Source: a virus. From it: a DNA stretch of 29,896 bases. Position 1 is the stretch's first letter, and each line of letters begins with the position of its first letter. A program made the position numbers and the translations under genes. Positions 21,237 to 29,361 of the stretch are shown here, one piece after another. The DNA is taken from the IMG/VR virus record IMGVR_UViG_3300031760_000017. One strand, 5' to 3'. Below the pieces are notes generated by a model, which was given only the letters and a program-made list of their open reading frames with translations, made no database searches and was not told the DNA's origin.

Positions 21237-22641
21237 TTAATTTTGTGTAAAAAATAAAAAGTCTGATATATTTCTTTTTCTTCTTTTCTTATTTAATTCT
21301 TCTTCATAACGTATATAATAAAGTCCATAAATAAAAGCAGAAAATTTATCTTTTTTAATACCTCTATTACTTTGCTTTAAAATAATATTAACGCCCTAAT
21401 TTTCTTCTACAAGATTTAACATTTGCTATTTTAAAATAGATGTTAAAATAAAAGGACGTAAATATTCATTCCTTTCATCCATATTCATATTTTGTCCTTG
21501 TTTAGTAGACATCAATTTTGTTTTTGCTAAACTTTCATCTATTAAAAATCTAATTTTGCCACTAAACATTTGGGTTTGAGCATAACTATACGCTTCTGTA
21601 TTAATTGGTGCGTTAGCTTTTATTATATATAATATATCACGCTATGTTTCTGGAGTTACAAATTTTTTATATTCTGGATATTCATCTGTATTAAAAACTC
21701 CAAAAGGTGGTAAATACTATCCATCCGCAGTTTCTTGAGCTTTTATTAAATAATCAATTAAACCAACACCTAATCCATTACCGTCAATAGCAATTCGTTT
21801 AGGTTTATACTTATAATATAAGTGTTTTATATGAATACATTGAGTCTCAAAATGCTAAGCATCATAAGTATAAATATTAACAAGAGTCTTATGAGCAGCG
21901 CCTTGCACTTGCGGCGTTACCTTAAAAACACAAATTTCAGTTGTACATCCTATACGCCCAACGTCCACTCCAAATACATAATATGCGGTTTTAGAAGATC
22001 TTCCGCTATACTCATACTATGGTTGCAATAAAACTCGATATTTATCAAACTTCTCAGAAGAAAAGAAAGCATTTTCTACATCTCCTGACCAAATACTCCG
22101 ATATTCTCTATTAAAAGACTAATCATTAAATGTTCCTTGTAATCTTAATTGTTCAACAAAATCTTCATCTAATAATCCAGAAACAACAGGAGTTTCATAA
22201 GTTCCACCCATTATCATATACTAATCTGGATCAAGAATAGAATTAATCAAGATCTATATCAGTTTGTGATATGCGAATGAATTTTTCCATCCTGCGGTGG
22301 TAATATAGATCTGTGACTTATTAACATTTTCTTCCTTGTGGCGGCTGCCATCTGAAAGACGTCTATCAACGTTAGTAGTAGGAATGATAACTTCATTTAA
22401 AATATCCCCATCAATAAGAACACACTATTCCATTAATCCACCTGTTCGACGTTGACCTCTAGAAGATTGTCTTGCCGCAAGAATATCAATAGTTGAGCCA
22501 TTCTTAAAAACGTATTTTACATTGTCTTTTGATTTTGTAGAAACACCTCTGTCCCAATTAATTTCATCATTTAAACCAGGAATAAGTCTACATATCTACT
22601 AGATTTTCGCGACTGTAATCGAGGCTGCTTGCTACTTACCA
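21237..22641 (-). CDS. Terminase large subunit, exon 2 (ATPase remainder plus nuclease domain). It has about 13 in-frame TAGs.
   Basis: It starts GK-TAG-QAASITVAKI (Walker A continuation). It includes FKNGSTIDILAARQSS (compare T4 gp17 LDNGSSIGAYASS). GGLME-TAG-CVLID may be Walker B. The nuclease motifs YYVFGVDVGRIGCTTEICVF and IAIDGNGLGVGLIDYL are present. Confidence 0.8.
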
Positions 22642-23567
22642 CCTGTGGTTACAAACAAATGTGAGTTAGGATATAAAATGCATCTTATCATTAATGCCAT
22701 CATTGACAAAAAAGACTTTGAATAAGCTACTTCTATTTAATATAATTCGTTAAATTATATTCGTATATACGCTCTATGTTCCCATAGAGATTAGACTATA
22801 TCATCATCCTTTAAACTTGGAAGTAAAGGAGCCTACCGCTTCGAGGAAACTTTTCCTCTACTCTCTTTCGAGATAGTCGTTGAACTTTTTATTTATAAGT
22901 AAAAGTTTTTCTTTCCGCTTTACCTAACGGAGTGTCTATATCTTTAGTAAGATAAGTCCAAGTTTCTCTTCTTCTTATTTTAGCTATAAAGCTTCTTACA
23001 GGAAAGCCAGTGATTTTAGAAATTTCTTTATCAGTATATTTATTACTTTTTAATAAATCTATTACCAACTTTGCATCTTTTTCAGTATAATGAGATAGAT
23101 TAGTTTTTTCTCCTTGTAAATATGAGAAATCAGTTAATCCAGTTTTTATGGCGTGGTGTATATTTTCTTGTGAAGTTACCCACTATAAATTATCTAATAC
23201 GTTATTCTCTTTATTACCATCTATATGATTTATTTGTAATTTTTCCATTCCTTCTATCGGTTTTAATAACATCATTAATAATCTATGATATTGAATAGAT
23301 GTTGTCCCCCCGCCTTTTTTCATTAAACTTACTCTCATATAACCATTATGATTTTTATTTATTTTAATATAATTTCCTGTATTGACATTACGAATTTTAC
23401 CCGTGTCATCAATAACATAACAGTCTTTAATATCAGGGTAGAGATCGCTAATTCTCTTCTCCATAAAAATCTCCTTATAAATAACTTAGCTGCTGATAAT
23501 CCGTTCTGGACTTCCCAGCAATTCAATAGGTTTCCTTTGAGAATATTACTATTCTCACCCCGCACTC
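22642..23567 (-). mobile_element. Group I intron in the terminase large subunit gene, just upstream of the Walker A lysine. The junctions are uncertain by a few tens of nt.
   Basis: Exon 1 reads ...FYQRVFLRIVMRHRYVYATFPRR and then breaks. The frame resumes about 0.9 kb downstream at (I)GK. The intron carries an HNH ORF with its own RBS. On the minus strand it has the same R/S-like elements as the polymerase intron: aacgactatc (plus 22872-22878) and gatatagtct (plus 22794-22803). A P9-like hairpin is present. A G precedes the proposed 3' splice site and a U ends exon 1. Confidence 0.7.
22889..23464 (-). CDS. HNH homing endonuclease (HNH_3 type, about 191 aa) inside the terminase intron. It has one in-frame TAG.
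   Basis: NHNGYMRVSL...QYHRLLMMLL...INHIDGNKENNVLDNL-TAG-WVTSQENIHHA matches the H-N-H motif (HxDGNxxNN...NLxW.T..EN). The RBS aaggagat is present. The track ORF 23183..23464 is the N-terminal part up to the TAG. Confidence 0.8.
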
Positions 23568-23818
23568 ATTCTACGGGGGAATGTTGCATATACGTATCTA
23601 TGTCTCATAACTATCCGCAAAAAAACTCTTTGATAAAAAAGAAATTCAAAAGTACTATCTTTACCTTTAATAAAATCAACAAAAATATCTGGATACTATC
23701 TAAAATAAGCAATAAGATCTCTTAATTGATCCATATCTTGTAAAAGTCTTTCTTCTGATATTCCTTGCTTTCGATATTCTCTTTCAGAAGTTATTTGTAG
23801 TAATTCTTTTAACTTCAT
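23568..23818 (-). CDS. Terminase large subunit, exon 1 (N-terminal about 83 aa). It has one in-frame TAG.
   Basis: The ATG overlaps the upstream TGA stop (ATGA). The sequence runs MKLKELLQITSERE...FYQRVFLRIVMRHRYVYATFPRR and leads into the Walker A motif. Confidence 0.7.
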
Positions 23819-25155
23819 GATGTTTGAACCCTCCGATTTAAATATTCTTTTTCAATATCTTCATCATTTAAACTATCATCATGAGCTTTCATATGATTTA
23901 AAGAATTTTTATAATTTACAAAATCCTCATCCTCAAGTTCAACTGTATCTAAACCTTTTGCTCTAGCATCTTTTTTATCTTTTTTCATTTCTTCTGAAAT
24001 CCGCTTATCTTGAAGATATTTTTCAATTTCTTGAGCTAGTGATTTATCTTCATAAATAAGATTTCTATTATATTCTTTTAGATCTCTAATAATCTAATCA
24101 ACTATATCTTGCGGCTAATTACATTTATATCTAGGAATTGAACCACTATGACTCTAAACAAAATCTACAATAGCAGAAGCAGAATCTATACCTATACCAT
24201 TACCATCCTTATTTTGAGCTTCTGTAAATTTTGCAGATTTCATCATAGTATCATAAACACGCGATAATTTTTGATAAGAATCAATATCTCCACTATCAAT
24301 AGCCTAATCCATCTTTAAAGAAGTCTTACAAATTTTCTTTAAAGTATCAATACGCGCCGCACCTTGAATATCAAAAGAATTCATAAATTCATTATATAAC
24401 TGCTCAAGAGCAACCCATTGACTAGGTCTATAAAGACGCCCCCACTTAATTGCAAGATACATTTTATCTTCTTGATCCAAATCCGCACCAGGATCAGTAA
24501 TTTCACTCTAAGGTATAAATAACTGTTCTTGAAATGGATTTTTTACCTGACTTAAAGCTTCAGCATAGGATTGCGGCTATCCATGAACTTCAATTTTATC
24601 TCCAACATGTATACCAGTAATATTGTTTCCCCATTGTTGAGGTAATTCTTTATTTTGAGTCTCAGTACTTACTAAAGTTTGATATTCAGATAATGAAATT
24701 TTTCCTTCACTTAATTTAACTTTAAGCTCAGCTTCATACCTAGCTTTTTCTTCCGCTTCAACCTTTTCTTTTGCGGCTCTCTCTTCATCCATCTATTTTT
24801 GAATTTTTTCAGTATCTTTATAACCATATTTATTCCACTGTTTAAGTTTCATCTTAGCAAGATACTTACCAATAACAGACATTCCATTCATTTTATAAGG
24901 ATCTTTTGCAAAAGCCTTATCTCTTAATACATTCCATTCGACAGGAATATAAGGAACATCCATTTTTTCAAGAATCCATTCAAAAGTATGAGAATCAAAA
25001 TTATCAATATGCGCGGTTATACATGCTTTACAAATTTCGCATTTGCTTCCATCTTTATAACTATAAAAATTTATTTGACCAAATTTCTTTCCGCATCTTT
25101 CACACGTACATTTGCCATTCTAATCTGGCTATTGTCCCATTATTTTCTTTGCCAT
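23815..25155 (-). CDS. Hypothetical protein (about 446 aa) with nine in-frame TAGs. It has an N-terminal CxxC...CxxC zinc ribbon (CTCERCGK...CEICKAC) and a central Glu/Lys-rich coiled coil.
   Basis: It is continuous from the ATG at 25155 (RBS ggagaa) to TGA at 23815. The track ORF 24577..24792 is an internal fragment. It is the second gene of the operon, directly upstream of terminase, so it may be a small-terminase or DNA-recognition analogue. Confidence 0.5.
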
Positions 25156-25198
25156 AAAATTCTCCTTTCTATTATTATAGAAAAAATATTATATAGAA

Positions 25199-26335
25199 TT
25201 AAGTGGTTTTGACCTGTATTTTATTTTTTTTATTTCTACAACATTTGCACATACTATATAAACCATCTTTCGCAGTTTTATTTTTTGTAAAAAAATAGGG
25301 ATGTGCAAGTTTTATTTCATGACACCTAGAGCATCTTTTCCACTTACCTTTTTCTTCAACGGTATAGTGCCAGATTATCCAATCTTCTTTTGCTCTTTCT
25401 GAAATTATTTTTGGGATTTTTTTGCGCCAAACGACAGAGAGGTATTCAATAGAATAAGTAATATTATATTTCTATTTTATTTGCGCGGAAATGTCTTTAT
25501 TTTGTAAACCATCAATTTTATATTTTACAATATCATATAAAATAGGATAATCTTCTTTTAATGATTTATCTATAAGATTATCAAAATCCTCCATTAAAAA
25601 CCACCAATCTCCATCAAAATTTCCCCAAGCCTATTCTTTGATTTTGGAATAATTACATAATAAACAACTTACATGATGAGGGTCAAATAGTGATATTAAA
25701 CAATTGCTTATCGGATTTCCGCTATCATCGACTTTTATTTTTTCACTTAAATTAATTTGATTTACATTCTTAGTTAATTTCATGGAGGTAATAGGAGGTT
25801 TAAATGAGCTTTTTAAGATATATTGATCTTGTCTCATTTCTATTAATTGTTTAGTTAATAGATATTTTTTTCTTCCAGTTGCTACCTTTTGTTGAATTTC
25901 AATTTTCTTTATTTCTTCTCTTAATTCTTTTAATCCTGGTATTGTTTCAATATCGTCTTCAGTAATCTATATTTTTGGAACTAATAGAATATTTTTATCC
26001 CCGCCAGTCATAAAATTATAAATACCATCTTCGCCATTTTCTAATTTTAAAACCAACCCCTAATAAGAAGTTTCTCTCTTATTAACAGTTACCATTCTAT
26101 TGTCTGTTAATACAGTCTTTTCTTTTTTGCTTTCAGGAGTCTCAACTAAATATCTAGTTAATTCTTCTAAATAATATGGAGTCAATTTATCTGCCGCAAC
26201 GCTATTTACAATCTCATGCACTAATCTATTTCGCTATTGTATATCTGTAATTGTATAATCTAGTTTAGCGTAAGGTCTTTTACTATTGTTGTTTTCCAAT
26301 AGAGGAGTATCTTTTATAACATCTTTTTGTTCCAT
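25199..26335 (-). CDS. Hypothetical protein (about 378 aa) with five in-frame TAGs, the first gene of the morphogenesis operon. It has a C-terminal zinc-ribbon-like DNA-binding module (CSRCHEIK...F...DGLYSMCKCC).
   Basis: The RBS aaaggag is 7 nt upstream of the ATG at 26335. The track ORF 25631..25837 is an internal fragment. The frame is continuous to TAA at 25199. Confidence 0.5.
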
Positions 26336-26366
26336 AAATACTCCTTTTTATTAATTCTATACTTAT

Positions 26367-26395
26367 ATTATAGCAAAAAATTTTTTCTCTGTCAA
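26367..26395 (-). promoter_or_regulatory. Consensus sigma-70/sigma-A promoter driving the minus-strand morphogenesis operon.
   Basis: On the minus strand it reads TTGACA, then a 17-nt spacer, then TATAAT. The -35 element is at plus 26390-26395 and the -10 element at plus 26367-26372. It lies about 30 nt upstream of the RBS of the first gene. Confidence 0.7.
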
Positions 26396-26417
26396 TCTAG
26401 AATAAAGGATTATTTTA

Positions 26418-26446
26418 TTGATTTTTAAAAAAATATATTATATAAT
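26418..26446 (+). promoter_or_regulatory. Sigma-70-like promoter for the rightward genes, divergent from the morphogenesis promoter.
   Basis: TTGATT (26418-26423), then a 17-nt spacer, then TATAAT (26441-26446). It is about 30 nt upstream of the ATG at 26476, which has the RBS aaaggag. Confidence 0.6.
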
Positions 26447-26475
26447 AATTATATAATAAAAAGGAGATAATAAAA

Positions 26476-26676
26476 ATGATTACAGAAAAAACTATTAAAA
26501 AGATGAGTAATATTTTTTGTGAAGAAACTGATTGTGATTATTGTCCTTTTACTGAAATGTGCACCCCAATTTGGGAGCTTTCAAAAGACTGGATGAATGA
26601 TGGAACAAGAGCAATATGGAAGAGCGGATTTCAGAAATTTTTTGAAAAGAAACTGGAAGAGGAGCTGGAAGAATGA
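26476..26676 (+). CDS. Hypothetical small protein (66 aa) with a CxxC...C motif.
   Basis: Track ORF with a strong RBS. Its stop overlaps the next start. Confidence 0.5.
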   Translation: MITEKTIKKMSNIFCEETDCDYCPFTEMCTPIWELSKDWMNDGTRAIWKSGFQKFFEKKLEEELEE

Positions 26677-27101
26677 TTTTAGCTGTAACAGGACATCGTC
26701 CGCAACGATTAAAAGGACAAGAGCAATTGATAAAAGAATGGGCGGTCGAGTAGCTTACTCGCCTTCAGCCAGCACTGGTTATTGACGGAATGGCACAGGG
26801 AACTGATCAAATTATAGCAACTGCCGCGAAAGAATTGGGGATTCATGTTCTTTGTTGTTATCCATTTCCTAAGAAATATTATCATCCAGTTGAACAATGG
26901 ATTATGGAAGACAACCCATTTGTCTTTGTTTCTAAAGAATATTCAAAAAAAGCATATTATGTTAGAGACTGTTGGATGGTAGATCATGCAGATGCTCTTT
27001 TATGTGTTTGGGATGGAATAGGTAGCGGAGGAACTTTTTTAACTAGGAATTACGCTCTTAAAAAGAATAAACAAATTATTGATTATAAAGGTTTAAGGTG
27101 A
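26673..27101 (+). CDS. YoqJ/DUF1273-like protein (SLOG-superfamily Rossmann fold, about 142 aa). It has one in-frame TAG.
   Basis: The N-terminal MILAVTGHRPQRL and the IDGMAQGTDQIIATAA motif are characteristic of the DUF1273 (SPbeta YoqJ) family. The ATG overlaps the upstream TGA. The track shows only the fragment 26790..27101 after the TAG. Confidence 0.6.
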
Positions 27102-27106
27102 TAAAA

Positions 27107-27283
27107 ATGAAAGTCAAAGCAAATTATAATATTACCCTTGATGAGGGAAGTTTTATTAAAGGTAAAGAATATAATTATAAAATAACTAATGAAGGAAAAT
27201 ATCTTGTGACAACAGAAGAAGGAATGGAACAGGATTTAAATTTTGCAGAATTTGATATATTCTTTACACCTTTGAAAAATTAA
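27107..27283 (+). CDS. Hypothetical small protein (about 58 aa).
   Basis: Track ORF 27098..27283. The ATG at 27107 has the better RBS (aaggtga). Confidence 0.4.
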   Translation: MKVKANYNITLDEGSFIKGKEYNYKITNEGKYLVTTEEGMEQDLNFAEFDIFFTPLKN

Positions 27284-27348
27284 AAAATTTATAATATAAT
27301 ATACTTGTAAATGATAAATAAATAAAAATATTAAAGATTAAAGAGAAA

Positions 27349-27399
27349 AGGAGGCAGCAGGTATGAGACGGTCATATACCTGCAAAACCGCATGGTAAC
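27349..27399 (+). promoter_or_regulatory. Leader region containing an RBS, an 11-codon uORF (MRRSYTCKTAW) and a hairpin. The uORF stop overlaps the start of the downstream gene (ATGGTAA).
   Basis: The RBS aaggagg is 8 nt before the ATG at 27364. An inverted repeat caggtat..atacctg brackets the uORF start. The TAA of the uORF overlaps the ATG at 27392, which has no RBS of its own. This is a termination-reinitiation or attenuation-like arrangement. Confidence 0.4.
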
Positions 27400-27781
27400 A
27401 ACAGAATTTATTGTAAATGAAGAGAAGCGTACTGTAGTTTGTATTATTACAACAGTAGATGACATGGCAGATAGACTTGCTAAGTATGGTCTTGCGGATG
27501 ACCAGTATGATGACATTGAAGATATTCGTGTTTATAAGGGAATTGCAAAATGCTGCCCGCAGGATACTTGGGATGAGTCTTTTGGAAAGAAGCTTGCCGA
27601 GTGGAGAGCTGCGCGGAAGCGTCAGGTGGATATTAATAATGAAATTTCTGATTATATTGTTAGTATGTATGAAAGACTTGATACACTTGATATTTATGGT
27701 AGACTAAAGAACCCAACCCCGCCTAAGGGATATTGGTATGAAGATCCTGAAGTTGAAGCCGCAAATAAAGGACTAGTGTAA
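27392..27781 (+). CDS. Hypothetical protein (129 aa). It has elevated GC content and is TAG-free.
   Basis: Track ORF. Its codon usage (gcg, ccg, cag, ctg) differs from the rest of the window. Confidence 0.5.
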   Translation: MVTTEFIVNEEKRTVVCIITTVDDMADRLAKYGLADDQYDDIEDIRVYKGIAKCCPQDTWDESFGKKLAEWRAARKRQVDINNEISDYIVSMYERLDTLDIYGRLKNPTPPKGYWYEDPEVEAANKGLV

Positions 27782-28182
27782 TGGAAGAGAGATTAACAAG
27801 AGAAACAGCATTAAATCTTCATAGACAGATGTGGGCAGATATGCTTATAAAATTAGGTAATAACCCTGATGGTCTAGCTCGCACAATGTTTAAGCTGGAT
27901 TGGATTCGAACTCATGGCTATAAGGATGTTGAATGTAATTGTTTTTTGTGCGAATATGATTACCAACAGCGGAGAAGGGGAGACGAGTGGTGTGACTTCT
28001 GTCCAATTGACTGGTCTTCTCTTTCTGCGGGAGAAGAGGATGATTTGCTTTCTCTTCCTGGGGAAGAAGTGGCAAGTTGCGGAGATAGATATATTTATGG
28101 TAACCCTGATTCTTATGAAAGTATATGGAGATCCGCACCAATTAGTGAAATTTTAAATTTACCTGAAAAAGAAGGAGTATAA
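27781..28182 (+). CDS. Cys-rich putative zinc-binding protein (133 aa).
   Basis: Track ORF with motifs CNCFLCEYD, WCDFCPIDW and SCGDRY. Its start overlaps the upstream stop (TAATG). Confidence 0.5.
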   Translation: MEERLTRETALNLHRQMWADMLIKLGNNPDGLARTMFKLDWIRTHGYKDVECNCFLCEYDYQQRRRGDEWCDFCPIDWSSLSAGEEDDLLSLPGEEVASCGDRYIYGNPDSYESIWRSAPISEILNLPEKEGV

Positions 28183-28184
28183 AA

Positions 28185-28511
28185 ATGATTGTAAACCCGT
28201 GGATTTTTTATTTAGCTGGAATATGTGATAATTTAGGATTTGTTGCTATACTTGCTGTTCTTTTTATTTGTATTTATCTGATAATTAGAATAGCGGGTTA
28301 TTACGCTGATGAAATGCCCCATTGGTGGGATAAAAATTTTAAAATTGCGACAATTGTTGGACTTTTACTTTTAGCCCTTGCGGTAGCTATTCCTTCACAG
28401 AACACTTGTTATAAAATGATTATTGCATCACAGGTCACCGCAGAAAATTTGGATAAGGTAGAAGACACTATTGAAAGAATTGCCGATTATGTGGCGGATA
28501 AGGATGAATAA
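28185..28511 (+). CDS. Membrane protein (108 aa) with two predicted TM helices. It is holin-like in size and topology.
   Basis: Track ORF with hydrophobic segments FYLAGICDNLGFVAILAVLFICIYLII and IATIVGLLLLALAVAI, and a charged C-terminus. Confidence 0.5.
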   Translation: MIVNPWIFYLAGICDNLGFVAILAVLFICIYLIIRIAGYYADEMPHWWDKNFKIATIVGLLLLALAVAIPSQNTCYKMIIASQVTAENLDKVEDTIERIADYVADKDE

Positions 28512-28513
28512 AA

Positions 28514-28666
28514 ATGGAGATATTTTTACTGTTACTTTGGATTTTTGTTGGAGCAATTAATATTGCGGGGGCTGCCGCCAATGGCGGGGTAGTTTCTATT
28601 ACTAGTTATATTTGTTGCTGGATTGTGTTAATTGTATTTTTAACTATAAGATGTTTTGATAATTAA
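28514..28666 (+). CDS. Small membrane protein (50 aa).
   Basis: ATG 3 nt after the upstream stop. MEIFLLLLWIFVGAINIAGAAANGGVVSITSYICCWIVLIVFLTI is one or two hydrophobic helices. Confidence 0.4.
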   Translation: MEIFLLLLWIFVGAINIAGAAANGGVVSITSYICCWIVLIVFLTIRCFDN

Positions 28667-28681
28667 GAGGAGTTTTAAAAT

Positions 28682-28843
28682 ATGAATGAAAAAAATGTTG
28701 TAATTAGAGAAGACGAAAAGAATGTTGTTTGGTGTCCGACGTGCGGTGCGGCGTTTTATAAGGATTCCCCCAATTGGGGTAGAGAAACTTGCGGGCATTG
28801 CGGAACGGTGCTGAATTGGGAAAATGTGGAAAAAGAGGATTAA
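28682..28843 (+). CDS. Small zinc-ribbon protein (53 aa).
   Basis: RBS aagaggag. The CPTCG and CGHCG pairs are 20 residues apart. Confidence 0.45.
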   Translation: MNEKNVVIREDEKNVVWCPTCGAAFYKDSPNWGRETCGHCGTVLNWENVEKED

Positions 28844-28846
28844 GTC

Positions 28847-29209
28847 ATGTATTATGGAAATAAAAGTTCACATTGGATAGCGGCGCTGGCTCTGTTTTTT
28901 TACGCTATTTTGATAGTAGGACTTATTGCTTTCTCACTTTGGAGACCTATTGATAAAGTTTCTAATCTACGAGAAGAAACAATTGTAGTTACGGATAAAA
29001 TGGTAAAAGATGACGTTTATTTGATTTATTCGGAAGATACTACGTATGAAATTACTGATAGTTGGCTGTATCCAAGATTTAATTCGTCTGATTTATATGG
29101 AAAAATTCAGGTCGGAGAGAGTTACAAGATAACAGTTGGCGGAAGCAGAATTCCATTTTTGAGTTGGTATCCAAATATATATAGAGCGGATAAGATAAAG
29201 AAGGGATGA
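28847..29209 (+). CDS. Membrane-anchored protein (120 aa) with an N-terminal TM helix and a beta-rich C-terminal domain.
   Basis: Track ORF with hydrophobic segment WIAALALFFYAILIVGLIAFSLW. The stop is TGA. Confidence 0.5.
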   Translation: MYYGNKSSHWIAALALFFYAILIVGLIAFSLWRPIDKVSNLREETIVVTDKMVKDDVYLIYSEDTTYEITDSWLYPRFNSSDLYGKIQVGESYKITVGGSRIPFLSWYPNIYRADKIKKG

Positions 29210-29211
29210 TA

Positions 29212-29246
29212 AGAAGGGATGATAAATCATCCCTTCTTTTTTTGAT
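29212..29246 (+). terminator. Rho-independent terminator ending the rightward operon.
   Basis: Stem gaagggatga / tcatcccttc with loop taaa, followed by tttttttg. Confidence 0.75.
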
Positions 29247-29252
29247 TTGTCG

Positions 29253-29361
29253 TTTTTTGGTTTTGGAGAGGGAAATATCGCTTTTTGGATTTGAAAATTG
29301 ATTTGGAGAGGGAAATGTATGTCCGTTTTTTAGTTTTGAAAATTGATTTGGAGAGGGAAAT
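29253..29361. repeat. Tandem direct repeats. There are three copies of ttggagagggaaat. The last two are embedded in an exact 30-bp repeat tttgaaaattgatttggagagggaaatgt (29287-29316 and 29332-29361).
   Basis: The repeats are read directly from the sequence. The spacers are 17-25 nt. Confidence 0.8.

Noticed and set aside
11462-25212. Plus-strand track ORFs 11462..11650, 17197..17469, 18732..19064, 21822..22031 and 23348..23725. Also 24906..25157 and 24988..25212.
   Set aside because: All are antisense to the minus-strand structural genes or the HNH gene. They lack RBS and are low-complexity translations of AT-rich sequence.
9224-26335. Reading the fragmented minus-strand ORFs as a degraded or pseudogenised region or as mostly non-coding.
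   Set aside because: The fragments are collinear in single frames and are interrupted only by TAG, never by frameshifts or by TAA/TGA. Conserved motifs continue across the TAGs. RBS and overlapping start/stop arrangements are intact.
26597-26897. Track ORFs 26597..26785 (+) and 26709..26897 (-) overlapping the YoqJ-like gene.
   Set aside because: They are alternative frames of the same DNA. The DUF1273-like frame with the GHRP and IDGMAQGTD motifs, read through one TAG, is the supported one.
27890-27925. tRNA-like T-arm (ttcgaa motif) as a possible suppressor tRNA.
   Set aside because: The flanking bases do not form a T-stem or cloverleaf, and the segment lies inside a well-supported ORF. 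I found no tRNA in this window by eye, so the suppressor, if any, must be elsewhere.
27459-28156. Track ORFs 27459..27707, 27890..28141 (-) and 27914..28156 overlapping the 129-aa and 133-aa genes.
   Set aside because: They are out-of-frame or antisense overlaps without RBS. The annotated frames have start/stop coupling and coherent composition.
29253-29361. CRISPR array.
   Set aside because: There are only three short repeats of 14-30 bp with 17-25 nt spacers. The repeat lengths are non-uniform and there is no cas context. It is better described as iterons or direct repeats.
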